Positions 13,513-27,800 of a stretch of DNA of 64,000 bases are shown piece by piece. This stretch comes from Phoronis australis (Eukaryota > Animalia > Phoronida). A model generated the notes under the pieces. It was not told the DNA's origin. It was given only the letters and a program-made list of their open reading frames with translations, and did not search any database. The translations under genes and the position numbers were made by a program. Position 1 is the first letter of the stretch. The number at the start of each line of letters is the position of its first letter. The stretch spans positions 672,995 to 736,994 of the forward strand of contig NMRA01000013.1 in the NCBI GenBank assembly GCA_002633005.1, given 5' to 3'.

Positions 13513-15190
13513 GTTTTTTTTTAATGTTTATTACGAAATCTTCAGAATACAATGAATATATATAACCCAGAAAACACCGAGAGGCATTAGATCTGGGTAA
13601 AAAAATACAAAGAAGTCTATATACAATTATTATATACGAATACATTAATAAAAAAAAACTGATGTTAAGAATACAATGATATATGACAACGAATGAAAAT
13701 AATTCATTTTCATACAGATGTATAAAATTCTATCTACTCAAACAAAGAGATTTAATGTTATAAAGAAATTCTGATACTATTTCAAATAAAACCTTATTTT
13801 CGTTTGAGTTAAGTTCTTGACATTCATATAGAAAGAAATTAATTTTGTTGTACAATTGCGGAATTTCAGAATATTTTTTATAAACGTTGGGGTATTATTC
13901 GAGTGCCTGGAAGAGCTGTACCCTCTCCTCCTTGCATACCTCACAAGCAAAGAAAACATGAGGATATATCTGGGTATCTCCACAGGAACACAGAGGCGAA
14001 ATATCATTAAAATTGTCTAAATTTCTCGTTGTTTAGGAATAGACCACATCTTGATCTGTATAGGGTTATTTCATGGTTGCGGGGAAGTTGGAATGATGTC
14101 AATGGGAGTGGCAAGTCTGGAGTAGTGGTATGCATTTTAAAGTTATTTTTTAGAGTGACGATTGAAGTGCTTTCTTTAATTTTGAATGGTAAGGAATTCC
14201 AGTTGTCAATACAAGTTAATATCGTTGATCTTCTGAAGGCTTGGCTGATGGAGGCTGGAATAGTATACATATTGCTTTGCTGGTCTCGTGCTTGGTCTTT
14301 CTTTCAAAGAGGATTTTGTTAGAGTAATTGTTTATGTTGGTTAAGACTTTGAATGTATACATGGACAGATCAACACTTTTTTCAGGTTTAAATTTCATCT
14401 TCCATTTGTAAGACCAGTCATAGAGTTTGTTAAGGTCAGTTTGCAATTGTAAGAAGTCATGGGGATGCTCTTTTGAGAATGGGTGGAAAATTGCAGTGTC
14501 ATCAGCATATAAGAATGTTTTAGAGCTTATCGTGTCTGGAAGATTATTGATGTACAGTAAAAAGAGTAAGGGGCCTAGTACGCTACCCTGTGGTACTTCA
14601 GCATTTACGAAACCTGGCGTTGATGATGATAAGACACCCTCAATTCGGACTTTGTAAGTTCGATTTTCCAGATATGATTTTAAAAGTAAGAAGAGAGTGC
14701 CTGAGAAACCGTAAGATTGTAATTTATGTAGAAGCAGGTCATGGGGAACGACATCAAAAGCTGACGCAATGTCTAAAAATACGGATCTCACGTTGTACCC
14801 TTGCTCAAACTTTAGGTGGATGTCGTGTACAATTTCTGTAAGTTGCGACACAGTGCTGTTACCAGGCATGAATCCAATCTGTTTTCGAGTTCCCTTTTTG
14901 TATTGGTATCATAACGCCAGGCTTCCAGTTCGAAGGAAATTTTCCAGATTGTAGTATTTTGTTGTATAATGTTGTCAGAGGAAGTGTAAGCTCTCTTGCT
15001 ATTATCTTGATCATTTTATTGGTTATGAGATTGGTACCATCATTTTTGTTTTCGTACATGTTTTCTAGTAGTTTTCTGACTTCAGATGGTTGGGCTTCTA
15101 TGTAAGAGAGGTGTTCTAATGTTCTGTTTGGGAATTCTGGATAGTTTATTGTTGGTGCAATGTGACTCTTGGCAGTGAAGTAGTCTAGAA
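13513..15190 (-). mobile_element. 5'-truncated non-LTR retrotransposon (CR1/L2/Jockey-like RT), degenerate
   Basis: ORFs 14859-15059 and 14216-14869 contain FPSNWK...IP, FLDIASAFDVVPH, VPQGSVLGPLLFLLYINNL and LYADDT. Frameshifts present. AATAAA and an A-tail near 13514-13530 on the minus strand. Confidence 0.9.
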
Positions 15191-15701
15191 ATAAGATACA
15201 TGTTCAAAATTAAACAATCCATGTTTAAGTTTTGATGTACCTTCAGTGTAAAGAACTTGACAGAGAAAATGGGGAATGAGTTTTGAGCAAGTCAATGGAA
15301 ATCTACTGAACGCTATGCCTAAAAAATAACATACTACGCTATGCCAGTCCAAAGAAAACGCCATCCTGCAAATAACTTACGCAGAAACTATGACGATACA
15401 GCAATCCATGAGTATTCGACTCAATTTTGTCTTACTTACTAAGCCGCACAACACAACTCCATGTAGGCCCGGAATGAAACACCCTTAACTGAATTTCTTG
15501 CTTAATGGAATAATTCATTGAAAATTTAAGCTATTTTGAAATTGGGATAAGATTCCAACACAGCAACCTGAATGCATGCATTAATCAGGTAGGACAATTG
15601 TCTCGCGAGCGCCACCTGATGGATTCCAAGCTCCTCAATACTTTCAGCCCTATGCAATACACAGCATCAACTGCCTTATTTGAAGGATCGTGCAGTCTTA
15701 C

Positions 15702-15857
15702 CTTAACCTTAATAGTTTTGTTCACTGGACACCTGCTGGGGAGGAGTGGTTCAAGCCCTTCTGGTAGCAGTACCTTGTCAAGGTTGTGATAAAAACCGTT
15801 GGAAGCCGCAATGTCCGACTGAATGATGTTCGTGTTGCCAGCCAGCTTAAGACGACC
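15702..15857 (-). CDS. STAB1/STAB2: Stabilin exon 13, FAS1-2 end (GRLKLAGNTNIIQSDIAASNGFYHNLDKVLLPEGLEPLLPSRCPVNKTIKVK)
   Basis: FAS1 H2 motif DIAASNG..H.LDKVLLP; acceptor TTTCAG, donor GTAAG; 156 nt. Confidence 0.93.
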
Positions 15858-18800
15858 CTGAAAATGCACTGCATACTAGCATAAATTACTTTAATTGAAA
15901 TAAATCGCATTCCTATGGTTTTCCAAAACTTAGCAATTCACTGTTCAGAACTTTTAACTCTTCAATCGTGTGTGTGTTTTCTTAGATAAAGAAAAATCTC
16001 TTGTTTACGAAACCCATTTCAGAATAATCTTGCAAGGGGTCAATCCGTCACAGAAACTACAATGGTTAGATGATATAAAGATGATTATGCTAAGGCAATG
16101 TGTAAAAGGGTATTGCGCAAGGATATCCCCGCGTTCATGGGGATGAGTGTTTTGCAATGACAAGCCTTTGTTTTGATTTTGTGTTTACTTGAAGAAACAA
16201 TACAGTTCTCAAATAAGGCAAGATAAAAAGATCAGGGGTCTGATTTATGAAATGTGATTCGAGACTTTAAGTCAGGAACTTCATCTGACGTATCAACTTC
16301 ACACTTGCTGATTAAAGTTTTAGCATAGCAATTATTTAGATGTCAAAGCCCAGAAATAATTCATGCAAACTATCTCAGGAACAAGAACTTATGGCTGCAT
16401 TAACTGTACTTGTTATGCACTCGCGCTGTGGGAGAGTATCCTGATTTCACTGATCGGCTAGTTAGGATACAGCCACGTTGTTATCAGTTTGACAGCGATA
16501 GCAAAAGGAGAGAATATTGCCAAACCAATGTTTACATAGTTCATCTCTCTCAATGTCTGCATTCATCTGGTAAGCTCACATAATTCAGTGATTATATTGT
16601 AAACAGCACGCTTGACGCTAATCAATATTTAATAAAAAAAATTTTTAAGCGACGTTCAACAAATGTCGTGGAGAAGATGCGTTTTTCATGAAACGCTGTC
16701 ACCAAAAAAACTTCAAACGAAGAAAAACGGTTGACTTTCAAAGAAATTAGACTTAACTTTCAATAGCTGATTCCTTTGTAAGACTTAAGTTCTGAACCAC
16801 TTATAACCACAGCATTGTGTACCAACACAATACGCAAGTTAAATGAAACCTCATCCTAGATCAGATCGCGATATTGGTAATTTCTCGGTTTTATCAATCC
16901 AGGGGAACAGTAGTAATGGTTTGCTAATGGGGGTTTTAATTATATCTTGGAAACAGTTAGGTGGAACGTAAGACTAAATTTCTGACTTAAAGACTCTCTG
17001 CTTCCTTTCAGTTAAAAACCTCTTGAAAGGAATTTGACCACAAACTTAGGCAGATGTAAGCCATACCAGTAAGTGCAAAAGCTAAAAAGTGAATGATTGA
17101 CCACATATTTCTACACTACACAACAGTTTTAAAGGCCGGATATTTATTTGGGGAGAATTCCAATGGAAACTCTATTTCTGGCTCCCAGAGGCGACTACAA
17201 AAGAAGAGGAGTACGGTCTTCGGGATTGTCGCTCTGAAGGGTGACTTTTTCGCGGTCTACTTATTTTTCAAAAATGTAATCATTTATTGAAAAGAAAAGT
17301 ATATGTGGCATTATTATATGTTGAAATTTGATTTTACACTAATACAAGGTACCACTGGGCTCATGGACTGGTATTCAGGTCACTAAATGACAAAAACTAA
17401 GGGTAGAAGATGGCAGACGATTTGATTCATTGTGGTTGAAGGAAGGTGAAAAGAGGTGAAACATAACCAGTAAGACCGTCTGTGATTTTGTAAATGTGTC
17501 AAGGAAATTTGATTTAGTTAGTACTAACACATAACAAGTATTTTCCTCACATTCTTTTGGTTTCTATCCATTTCACGAAGTGGTGAAAAGCCCTTTAGCG
17601 GACCTTCAGCTCTGGAGCTGAGTATTGGCTAAGCTAAGCTCCACTCAATAAATAGCAGAGTATTTGAACTGCTAAAGACACCAGCCTCGACTAATCAGCA
17701 AATGACTGCCACACAGCAGCAAGAATTAACAATTTTTTAAATCACAAAAACAACATAATATTATATAACTCTGGTCGAAGCTTAATTATAACATTAAGAA
17801 GTCTATCCCTTTCAACAATAGTTTTTTAGCCGTGAATCTGATTACGTCCATTTAAAGACCAATGGAGAGTGTATTCATACCAAGCTGGTGATTCTAATGT
17901 CGAAAGCACTGTGACCAATGGTTCTGAGGCGCGTCATATCTACCATGTCCAGTGCCAGGGCCTGAAACCAGTTGAGAGTATCAATCAAGATAGTTTCAAG
18001 TTCTACCAACACAACTGCTATTAAAATCCAAGGAGGTACTAAATTCTGGGCTTGGCTATTGAAAACCCATAGAGGGTAAAACATTTATCTTCTTAGCCAG
18101 GATCATTAAGTCTTTATTAAGTTGTGTTTACTTACAGTGGCCAACCAGGACAGTCCTATTACTAAGATTAGGGTTCATAAGGAACTGCTTTCACTGATCT
18201 TGCATGTCAGTTTCAAAAGGCCTATTGCTGCGAACGACACCCATGGTTTACAATGGGGTCCGCAAAACTCTAAGCTTTTGTTGGGGTTAATTTCAAAGTC
18301 ACTTTCAGGATTTCCCCACTTGGGAACCAATTTTCTCCAAATGAATAACGAGCATCAAACTGGTTCTCAAAATCCGGGACCCCTGTAAGTAACCAGTGCC
18401 CATAAAACGAGGTGTTTTACAAGGATTCTTGGACAGTTGTCTTTTCAATCCAAGCAGTTTCAAGAGATGCCATATTCTCAAAAGTTTGTCTTACAACCAA
18501 AGTTTTAAAACTTCAATAATATTAAAAGAACTTTTGTGGTAGGAAAAGGAACCATTGTGCATTGTTTCTATCTGAAAAAGTGAACCCATTCACACGGAAT
18601 TAAATCAGGAAAGGCACCCCTTTTGAAGGAATTTGTGTGTTAAAAGGAACTCTTTCGCAGGGGAAGTCAGTGTATTTATTTTTCTGTGGGAGTACTGCCA
18701 ACCCGGGTGTTAAAAGGATAAATTTCCTCCCTGCCAATGGTCAGTTACGAAAACCATGTAAATGATCAATCAACTTCTCCAACACTCGGGTCTTCACCAT

Positions 18801-21800
18801 ACCATACGGTACAAGAGCAACGCGGAGCGTTGAAATGCGCCCACAATTGCACCGCATACGGTATCCTTCTAGGGTTGTTTATTGGTACCATAAAGTGGCC
18901 AGTAGAGGGCATACTTTGCAAAATGGAAAGGCATGGTCCTTGTCTCCTCAATAGGCTAGGGGCAAAATGTGAGTAATCTTCATAATACAAGCACATCCTA
19001 TACACCAGTTGCTTAAAGCACCACAGAAACATAGAATTAAAAACAAATTTACCAACATACGAGATTAGCACAGCATTAGAATGCCAGAAACAAATTTCTA
19101 CTTGGAACTTTTCCTTCACAGTCACGAAGTAACACAAAGTATACACCTGAAGACCTATGAAAATACAGAGGTCAATGTAAAATACTAAAATTGCCACTAG
19201 AGGCAAATACTAAAATTGCCACTAGAGGCATACCGGTAATCAGAATCATCCTAAAGTCGTCATCGTCCGTTGTCAACATCACATAAATACACTTGCTAAA
19301 TTTAGTAAAGATCCTGCAAACGGTTTGGGAGATACAGCCATGGGTGCAAAACAAACTGCCACTAGGAGGAGCCACAGTACTCAAAGTCATGGGAAATTCA
19401 GCGTCAACCGTCCTCTTCATAGTAAGACCATACATGCCAATTTTCACAATCATACTTAGAGCGGTTTGGTTGATAGAGGGGTGGACGCCAAAAAACAGAC
19501 CCAAAAAAATGGCCACTGGGTGTCGCAAACTAGGTCGCATCCATCCGAAAACGGGAGGATAGCGTCATCGCACTAATAGGTGCCTACATATAAAATTTCA
19601 TGAAAATCCGTTGAGGACTTGTGAAGATACAGAGGTAAACGTAAAAAAATAAAATTGCCACTAGGGGGCACACTGGTAGGCGGATCCGTCCAAAAGTCGT
19701 CATTGTGTGTTGTTAACATCATATAAATACACTTATTAAATTTCAAAAAGATCCTGCGAACGATTTAGGAGATATAGCCATGGGCGCAAAAAAAAAACAA
19801 AACTACCACTAGGAGGCGCCACAGTAGTCCAAATCGTCTGAAAATCATTGTCAGCTGTCCTCTTTATAGTAAGCATATACATGCCAATTTTCACAATCAT
19901 CCTTTGAGCGGTTTGGTTGATAGAGGGGTGGACGCAAAAATACAGACTCGAAAACCGTAAAAATGGCCACTAGGTGGCGCAAACTATGTCGAATCCATCT
20001 GAAAACGGGAGGATAGCGTCATCTCACTAATAGGTGGCCACTAGGTGGCACAAACTATGTCGAATCCATCTGAAAACGGGAGGATAGCGTCATCTCACTA
20101 ATAGGTGCCTACATACCAAATTTCATAAAAATCTGTTAAGGACTTTTGAAGATACAAAGGTAAGCGTAAAAAACTAAAATTGCCATTAGGGGGCACACCG
20201 GTAGTCGGATCCGTCCAAAAGTTCGCACATGCCGTCCCATTCATGACTGGAACATATGTGCCAAATTTCATGAACGTATGTCAAAGGGTTTTGGAGATAA
20301 AGCAGCGGACGCCGGACGGACGCCGCCCGGACGGACGGACGGATGGAGATGACGGCACAATGCGTCCACATATAAATATGTGGGCGCATAAAAATTGAAC
20401 AAGCGCGATGCTGCATGCACAGATGACGCCCGTGGTCAAATTCTTTCGATTCCCTGAATGAGCCCTGCAGTTTCTGAATAGGTTGTCACGTGATACTTCT
20501 GATCGTCTGCACTCTGGCAAAATGTCCTTGGTTTAGTTGCTAAGAAACAACCTCAGGAAGAATCAAATCAACAATATGAAAAGAGAAGAGTACGAGGAGG
20601 ATTCTGTCATGGGAAATTATAGGTTTCCTGGCCTGCGAGACAGTGAACAAGGGATGACGTGTAATTTTTTTGGCGGCGTTTCCCCAAGTACAGCTGGAAG
20701 CACAGCGTTCGTCAGCAGATGTAAGCCATACAGGTAAGTGCAAAAGTTAAAAAGTGAATGATTGACTACATATTTCTACACTACACAGCAGTTTTAAAGG
20801 CCGGGTATTTATTTGGGGAGAATTCCAAAGGAAACTCTTATTCCTGGCTCCCAGAGGCGACTACAAAAGAAGAGGAGTACGGTCTTCAGGATTGTCGCTC
20901 TGAAGGGTGACTTTTTCGCGGTCTACTTACTTTTAAAAAATGTAATCATTTATTGAAAAGAAAAGTATATGTGGCATTATTATATGTTGAAATTTGATTT
21001 TAAACTTAAATGCAAGGTGACCATGGTTAGAAGAATTGTTAAAAAAAACAACTTAAGCATACAGCATGCACGGCACTAGAGGAGGCTCAAAACAGACAGC
21101 ACTACGGTAACACATTACCTAGGTGTGCACCTGCACGGTGCTGTTTGAGATTGTACTTGGGGCAAGTGAGTTCGTTGTTCGGGCAAGTAAAAATTTCAGA
21201 TGAAAATTTTACTTGCTTAAAAAGTTATGTTAAGCCCTGTGAACTAGAGCATTCACTGGGCTCATTGACTGGTATTCAGGTCACTAAATGACAAAAACTA
21301 AGGGTAGAAGAAGCCAGACGATTTGATTCATTGTTGTTAAAGGAAGGTGAAAAGAGGTGAAACATAACCGGTAAGACCGTCTGTGATTTTCTAAATGTGT
21401 CAAGGAAATTTGATTAGTTAGTACTAACACATAACAAGTATTTTCCTCACATTCTTTTGGTTTCTATTCATTTCACGAAGTGGTGAAACGCCCTCCAGCG
21501 GACCTTTAGCTCTGGAGCTGAGTATTGGCTAAGCTAAGCTCCACTCAATAAATAGCAGAGTATTTGAACTGCTTAAGACACCAGCCTCGACTAATCAGCA
21601 AATGACTGCCACACAGAATTGACGATTTTTAAATCACAAAAACAACATAATATTATATAACTCTGGTCGAAGCTTAATTATAACATTAAGAAGTCTATCC
21701 CTTTCAACAATAGTTTTTTAGCCGTGAATCTGATTACGTCCATTTAAAGACCAATGGAGAGTGTATTCATACCAAGCTGGTGATTCTTATGTCGAAAGCA

Positions 21801-24800
21801 CTGTGACCAATGGTTCTGAGGCGCGTCATATCTACCATGTCCAATGCCAGGGCCTGAAATCAGTTGAGAGACAGTATGAATCAAGATAGTTTCAAGTTCT
21901 ACCATATTTAGTGTCAACACAACTGCAATTAAAATGCAAGGAGGTACTAAATTCTGGGCTTGGCTATTGAAAACAAAGAGGGTAATAAAACATTTATCTT
22001 CTTAGCCAGGATAATTAAGTCTTTATTAAGTTGTGTTTACTTACAGAGGCCAACCAGGACAGTCCTATTATTAACATTAGGGTTCATAATGAACTGCTTT
22101 CACTGATCTTGCATGGCAATTTCAAAAGACCTATTGCGTGAGAACGACACCCATGATTTACAATGAGGTCCGCAAAACTAAGCGTTTGTTGGCATTAATT
22201 TCAAAGTCACTTTCAAGATTTCCCCACTAGGGAACCAATTTTCTCCAAATGAATAACGGGCATCAAACCTCAAAATCCGGGACCCCTGTAAGTAACCAGT
22301 AGCCACAAACCGAGGTGTTTTACAAGGATTCTTGGACAGTTGTCTTTTCAATCCAAGCAGTTTCAAGAGATGCCATGTTCTCAAAACTGAGTTTGTCTTA
22401 CAAACAAAGTTTTAATATTAAAAGAATTTTTGTGGTAGGAAAAGGAAACATTGTGCATTGTTTCTAACTGACAAAGTGAACCCTTTCACACGGAATTAAA
22501 TCAGGAAAGGCACCTCTTTTGAAGGAATTTTCGTGTTACAAGGAACTCTTTCGCAGGGGAAGTCAGCCACTTGAGTAGTACGACCCGTATATATTTTTCT
22601 TTGGGAGTACTGCCAACCCGGGTGTTTATTAAGATAAATTTCCTCCCTGCCAATGGTCAGCTATGAAAACCATGTAAATGGTTGATCAACTTCTCCAACA
22701 CTCGGGTCTCCACCGTGTCATACAGTAAAATCTAACCAATTCAGAACACAATATGGCAGAAAAGTGATTTAGTTCCTCATTTTTTTCAGAAAAAGTATGC
22801 AGAGTTAAATTCATGCTTTCCTTTGATCAAGTTCTGAACAATTCTTACCATCTGAAAATATCTTGCAAAAAGTGTGGCCATTCACAACAATGCCCCTTGA
22901 AACATGAAAAAAATTACAAATTTGGCAACTATTTTTGTCTGGTATTGGTGACATTTTACCATACCTACAACTGGTTTCTACAAATAAATGAAATTGAAAC
23001 AAATATGAACTAGCCTAATTTTAGAACAGTTGGCCGACCCTGACACAAATAGGATTCTGGGTTTTTAATCCTCTATGTTTTGATACCCTGAATGTTCTGT
23101 ACAGGGACAGAAATTAAGTTCTATCATAGTTTAAAAATATCAAATTGAGAAGTAACCTCGACTCTTAACTTGAAATTAACGTATAGCGTAAAAGTGAGAA
23201 AATGCCTCTTTAAAGCCTAATGAGATATAACTACAGAGCTGCTAGCCAATTAAGCACATAATCTATAACCTTGTGGTAAAAAATCTAAATTTTGGAAGGT
23301 AAAACTTTAATGTATGATATCCAAAATTTTTTAAAAGTTTAAATTTCAATCGAAAAGCGTGTGATACACCTCAAAATAACAATTTTCAATTTTAAATTGC
23401 ATTTAACTAATGGATGGATCAGTAACACTTGGCAGCCCTCCAAATGAAAAAAGTTAATCATGGAGCAAAAGGGTCATCTTCGTAAATTAGACTGACAGGT
23501 CTCTTATCGACTCTAGGACTTGTTCTTCAGAAAAATTCATTCAGAAAGAGAGAATCAGACGCTAGAGGGCAGGGTTGTTACTCCCAAGTCATTTAGCTGT
23601 CCGCATGCTGTGATGAGTGTGGATGGATTCTAAGAAGCCCGCTGCCAATATCCTCTAAACTGAACACCATATTGCATCCCTCCAGTTAGAAGCCTACGAC
23701 CGACGTACCTGTGTTCCGTTGACGATGTGAGTGTTCACCAGTGCCATGAGCTTTCCTTTTCCATCAGGGGACAACAAGTAGTCTAGGGTGTGAGGGGGCA
23801 GGGAATCAAGTGCGGCGTTGTTCGGGGCAAATATCGTCAGTGGGGGCCACACTTGTGACAAGTTGCCAAGCAGACCAGATGCCTGTAGTAGAGACTCAAA
23901 GCGGTTGTATCGCCCGTCTGACTGGATCATCTCAGCAAGGGTTTTCTACAAAAAGACACAAGTTATGGAGAACTCTCACAAACTTTGTACTAGGAGAAAA
24001 TACTAAGTAACTAATAATCCTACCCACTATTTTTGCAGACCCTCCCACCCGTTCCCCATTTAATTCATTCATTAGCACACAGCAAATGATGCAGCAGGCG
24101 GTCTGATACACATTGCACCACACGTGCACAGACCACTCAGTTGGATGCAATGTAACACCTATGCACACACATACACACAAACTTAAAGACCAACATAAGA
24201 AGATAGAGACCTGACACAAGGGTCAAGCAGTGGGGTCCAGTGGGATTTGAACCCACAATCTTAGGAACAGGAGGCCGACACTCGACACACTAGACCCAGG
24301 GCTTGGAATGACCAATGACAAAAAACGCGGAAACTTTTACGGCCCAAATCATGCGCGCTACCCAGCCTTGAAATGGTCGATGTGAACCTTTCCCCGACAA
24401 AAATCGGGAGGACTAAAAAACAAACAAACAAAAAAAAACTTACCACCATCAGCAGCATGCGTCTGCACCCTTTTAGCTCGTCGGTCCACTCCTAACCCAC
24501 TCATTTTTGGCTGCAGAGCCATAGTATTTGTCGCCGCGGATTACAATAACACGAGACGCCATTGAAAATCCCACCACGCTATCCCAGATGCCCCGGTAAT
24601 GTTGACAATTTACGTTCCTCCGAAACATAAAGAGCAACTTCCGCTTTTTGAGGGTTACGTCGTCTGCAACGCCGCGGTAAGAAAGGAATTTGCCGCGGAA
24701 ATTGTGGATCAAATCCGATTTTTTTTACGCGTAAATATAATAAAATGCACAGACAGAACATTTGAAAAAAGCGGAAATCCACGTTTCCGCGGAAAATTCC

Positions 24801-27800
24801 AAGCCCTGTAGACCACACGGTCTCCTACTGCTACCACAAAGTCGGGAAATTATCACTGGACACCATACCCAGCACAGTCCGCAGCATATTCTTCTTGATA
24901 CACCCCTTCCATAGATGAGCCACCGTCCCCCACCCCCAAGTGTTTCTCAAAATATATCTATGAAATTGGTGTTAAAGTGTCTAAAGCAATAGTTTGAACA
25001 ATAAGTAAAATGTAAGAGACATCTGTTCTACATTTTAAAACTTTTGTTATCTGAACTAGTTGACAGTTTTTATAACATGATACCACGGCTAAGTTTCTAC
25101 TGGAAATATAGAAAACCTGTTGATTCCCATTTTAAGAGGAAAGAAACCATTTTTAGTGTCACTTACGATTAAATTACAATTTTCTGGTTATCCTAAACAG
25201 CACCACTACAGAAGTGATATTCGTGGCCTTAATCATTCCCTGCCAACCTTGTTTATGGGATGATTCCTTGTGGACATCTGTTGATTGTATACAATTGCCC
25301 AAAGAAGGCCACAAGCACATGCATGAGTGACACCAACTATGTAGCAACAGAGGCCAAGGCTCGCAAAGCTTTGTATTTCAAGAAAAGGAACACGTATGGT
25401 ATGACATCCTTCTTCAGAACATGATTAGCAGGTACCTTCATGATCTCTGCCCACATGTTCCTTTTGTAATCAAACAATGCAGTAAAAAAAAATTTGACCC
25501 ATGGGATAGTGTTGCACTGCTCTAGCCGTGGTATGAATGGGCAACTCTGCATTCTTGACACCAACGAGCCAACTCCCAACGCTTTTTGTCATCCACTGGA
25601 ATTCATTGAAAAAGAACGCGTACGCCACACTTCGAGAGCTCAAGCTGCTTGCAATAACTTCCCAGCAAGTTGAATAAGTTCTCAGAGAAAGGTAAATAAC
25701 GGCCTAACTTGTAATGAGCTGATGATACAATGACCCACCTAATATCAAACACAGTTCAAAGTGCATGTAAACACAGATGGCAGGGAATGATTCGGGTTGC
25801 GAACGTCACTTCGAGAGTGAAGCAAGCATAATTAATTAGAACCCGGGAAATTTAACTAACTTGAAAATAAAGTATCAAGCCAAGATAACCAGAAAACTGC
25901 AATTTAACTAAAAATGACATCAAAACATTAGGTGCTACATCGAATTGTACAACCGGCATCAGTTAGTGCTTCTTACCACTTGGAACCACAATAAGTAGTT
26001 AGTATTTCAGTACCTGACTCTGGCCGGCTCATTTTGTTCAGGGATAGGGGAACAGAGATGGGTGTCAGTTAACTGCTGCCTGTTTGGAGCACCATTCTTT
26101 CCCACCATTTTTAGGCACTGCTGACAATATCATTAGCAGCATGGGACACTTAAATGCACCGTGGCTGCACCGCAAATGATAGGCTTCTAGAGGTGTTTAT
26201 TAGCAACATAAAAATGGTCATTAGATGGTGCAGAATATGTCAAACCCATTCGAAATTGGAGGGATGTCGTCTTTCTAATATAAAACTATTTACTAACTTA
26301 CAAGAAAATCTGTCTAAACTCCAAAGGTAGGGGGACAAGTGTGAAAAAACAAATTGACTTTAGGAGGCACAGCAGTTGTCATATCCGTCCATGTGTTGAC
26401 TAATTAACAAGAATACACAAATTTGCCAAATTTCAAAAAACACCTTGCAAATGCAAAATGCCAATAGGTGGCACTAGTAGTTGGACCAGTCAATTGTGCT
26501 CTTGTCAATACGAAAACATCTGCCAAGTTTCAAACTGATGCTCTCAGCTGGGCCGTTTGGTGAATACAGAGAAAGACGACACAAACCAGACTCAAAATTA
26601 TGGGGCGACTTGACTTGTACATGAACCCATCTCACCAGGATGTTCAGTTCACGGTAACCCAGTAACCATAACTCACTGATTTATCCCAGGATATTTTGGG
26701 GTCCATGTCCATTAGGTTGTTGGTGATTTGGATCACACCATTGGACGCCATCACGTCCGCACGCATGATCTTGCCACGTTTCCCCGAGCCTATCAACTTG
26801 TAGAAGATCTTTTTCTGCAAAGACATAAAAATCAATCACCAGTTATTCTCTTATGAAACAAAAAGTTGGCAGTTACGTGAATAGCCCTAATCCATACTAA
26901 TGCAACTCAACATCAGTTATTACTTTAACTGAAGGAATTCCCACGACATGAGCTACGTTCAGACACTAAGTTCCATCTTTACTGACAAGAGTTAAAACTT
27001 ACAGGGCTTGGAATAACCAATGACAAAAAGAAGAAAAGTTTCCAGGTGATGCATTATTCCACCAATAATTAGGCTTGTGTAATAGAAATATTTTTTGTGA
27101 TGTAAAATTTAACTGAAATGAACGCTTTTGCATGAATAAAGCCAAATGATAAAAAAAGATACGAAAACAGAGTGAACTAGAAATCAAATAAGAAGAAATT
27201 GAAACCAAAAAAGAGGAAATCCTGGCTCTTAAAAGAGGAAAATTCCCTGAACTAAGCATTTAGCTTCAAGCTAAGATGTGTTATAAAGAGAATAAAGACT
27301 AAATTGCAATGTGGCAATGTATAACAGGAAAAAGCAGGGACGGTTTCAGAAATTATCCGACATTGCACAAAGACGTCATCTCATGTCTCACTCCCCCATT
27401 CAAATTTCAATGCATTCTTTGGGGATATTAAGATCCCTCTGATAAGCCGCGATGTATGCAAGTCAAGTTGCCTCATTGCGTTACTCAGGCAGGTCAGGCA
27501 AGAGAGGCTAGGAACAGCAGTTGCAGTGTGCGTTATCTCTTTTTCTCTTTTGGTTTGAGTTATCCGATTTTATTCAGTCAAATAAAGGAGAAAGGTAAGC
27601 TTTCATTGACGAATTCAGTTTTTATAGTCCGCAGTGTCTACACCGGAGCGGAAAAGAATATAGTCAAAAACAAGCAGCAAGTCATCAGTCAAAACGGGCT
27701 AAGATGCATTCACAGGTGACGGTTGCGACATAAGATACAGCACGGAACATTGCTCAAGCAAGGTTCTAATTGCAGAACTTTTGAACACACGCAATTAACA

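Larger units (their letters stand above)
17051..22725. repeat. Direct duplication of a ~1.75-2 kb block (17051-18810 and ~20715-22725) containing exon 12
   Basis: Colinear, high identity with scattered substitutions and indels; a ~240-bp insertion at ~21015-21252 is only in the right-hand copy. Confidence 0.92.

Noticed and set aside
24230-24822. tRNA gene
   Set aside because: A and B boxes are present, but there is no convincing acceptor stem, a MITE interrupts it and it continues into a SINE-like body
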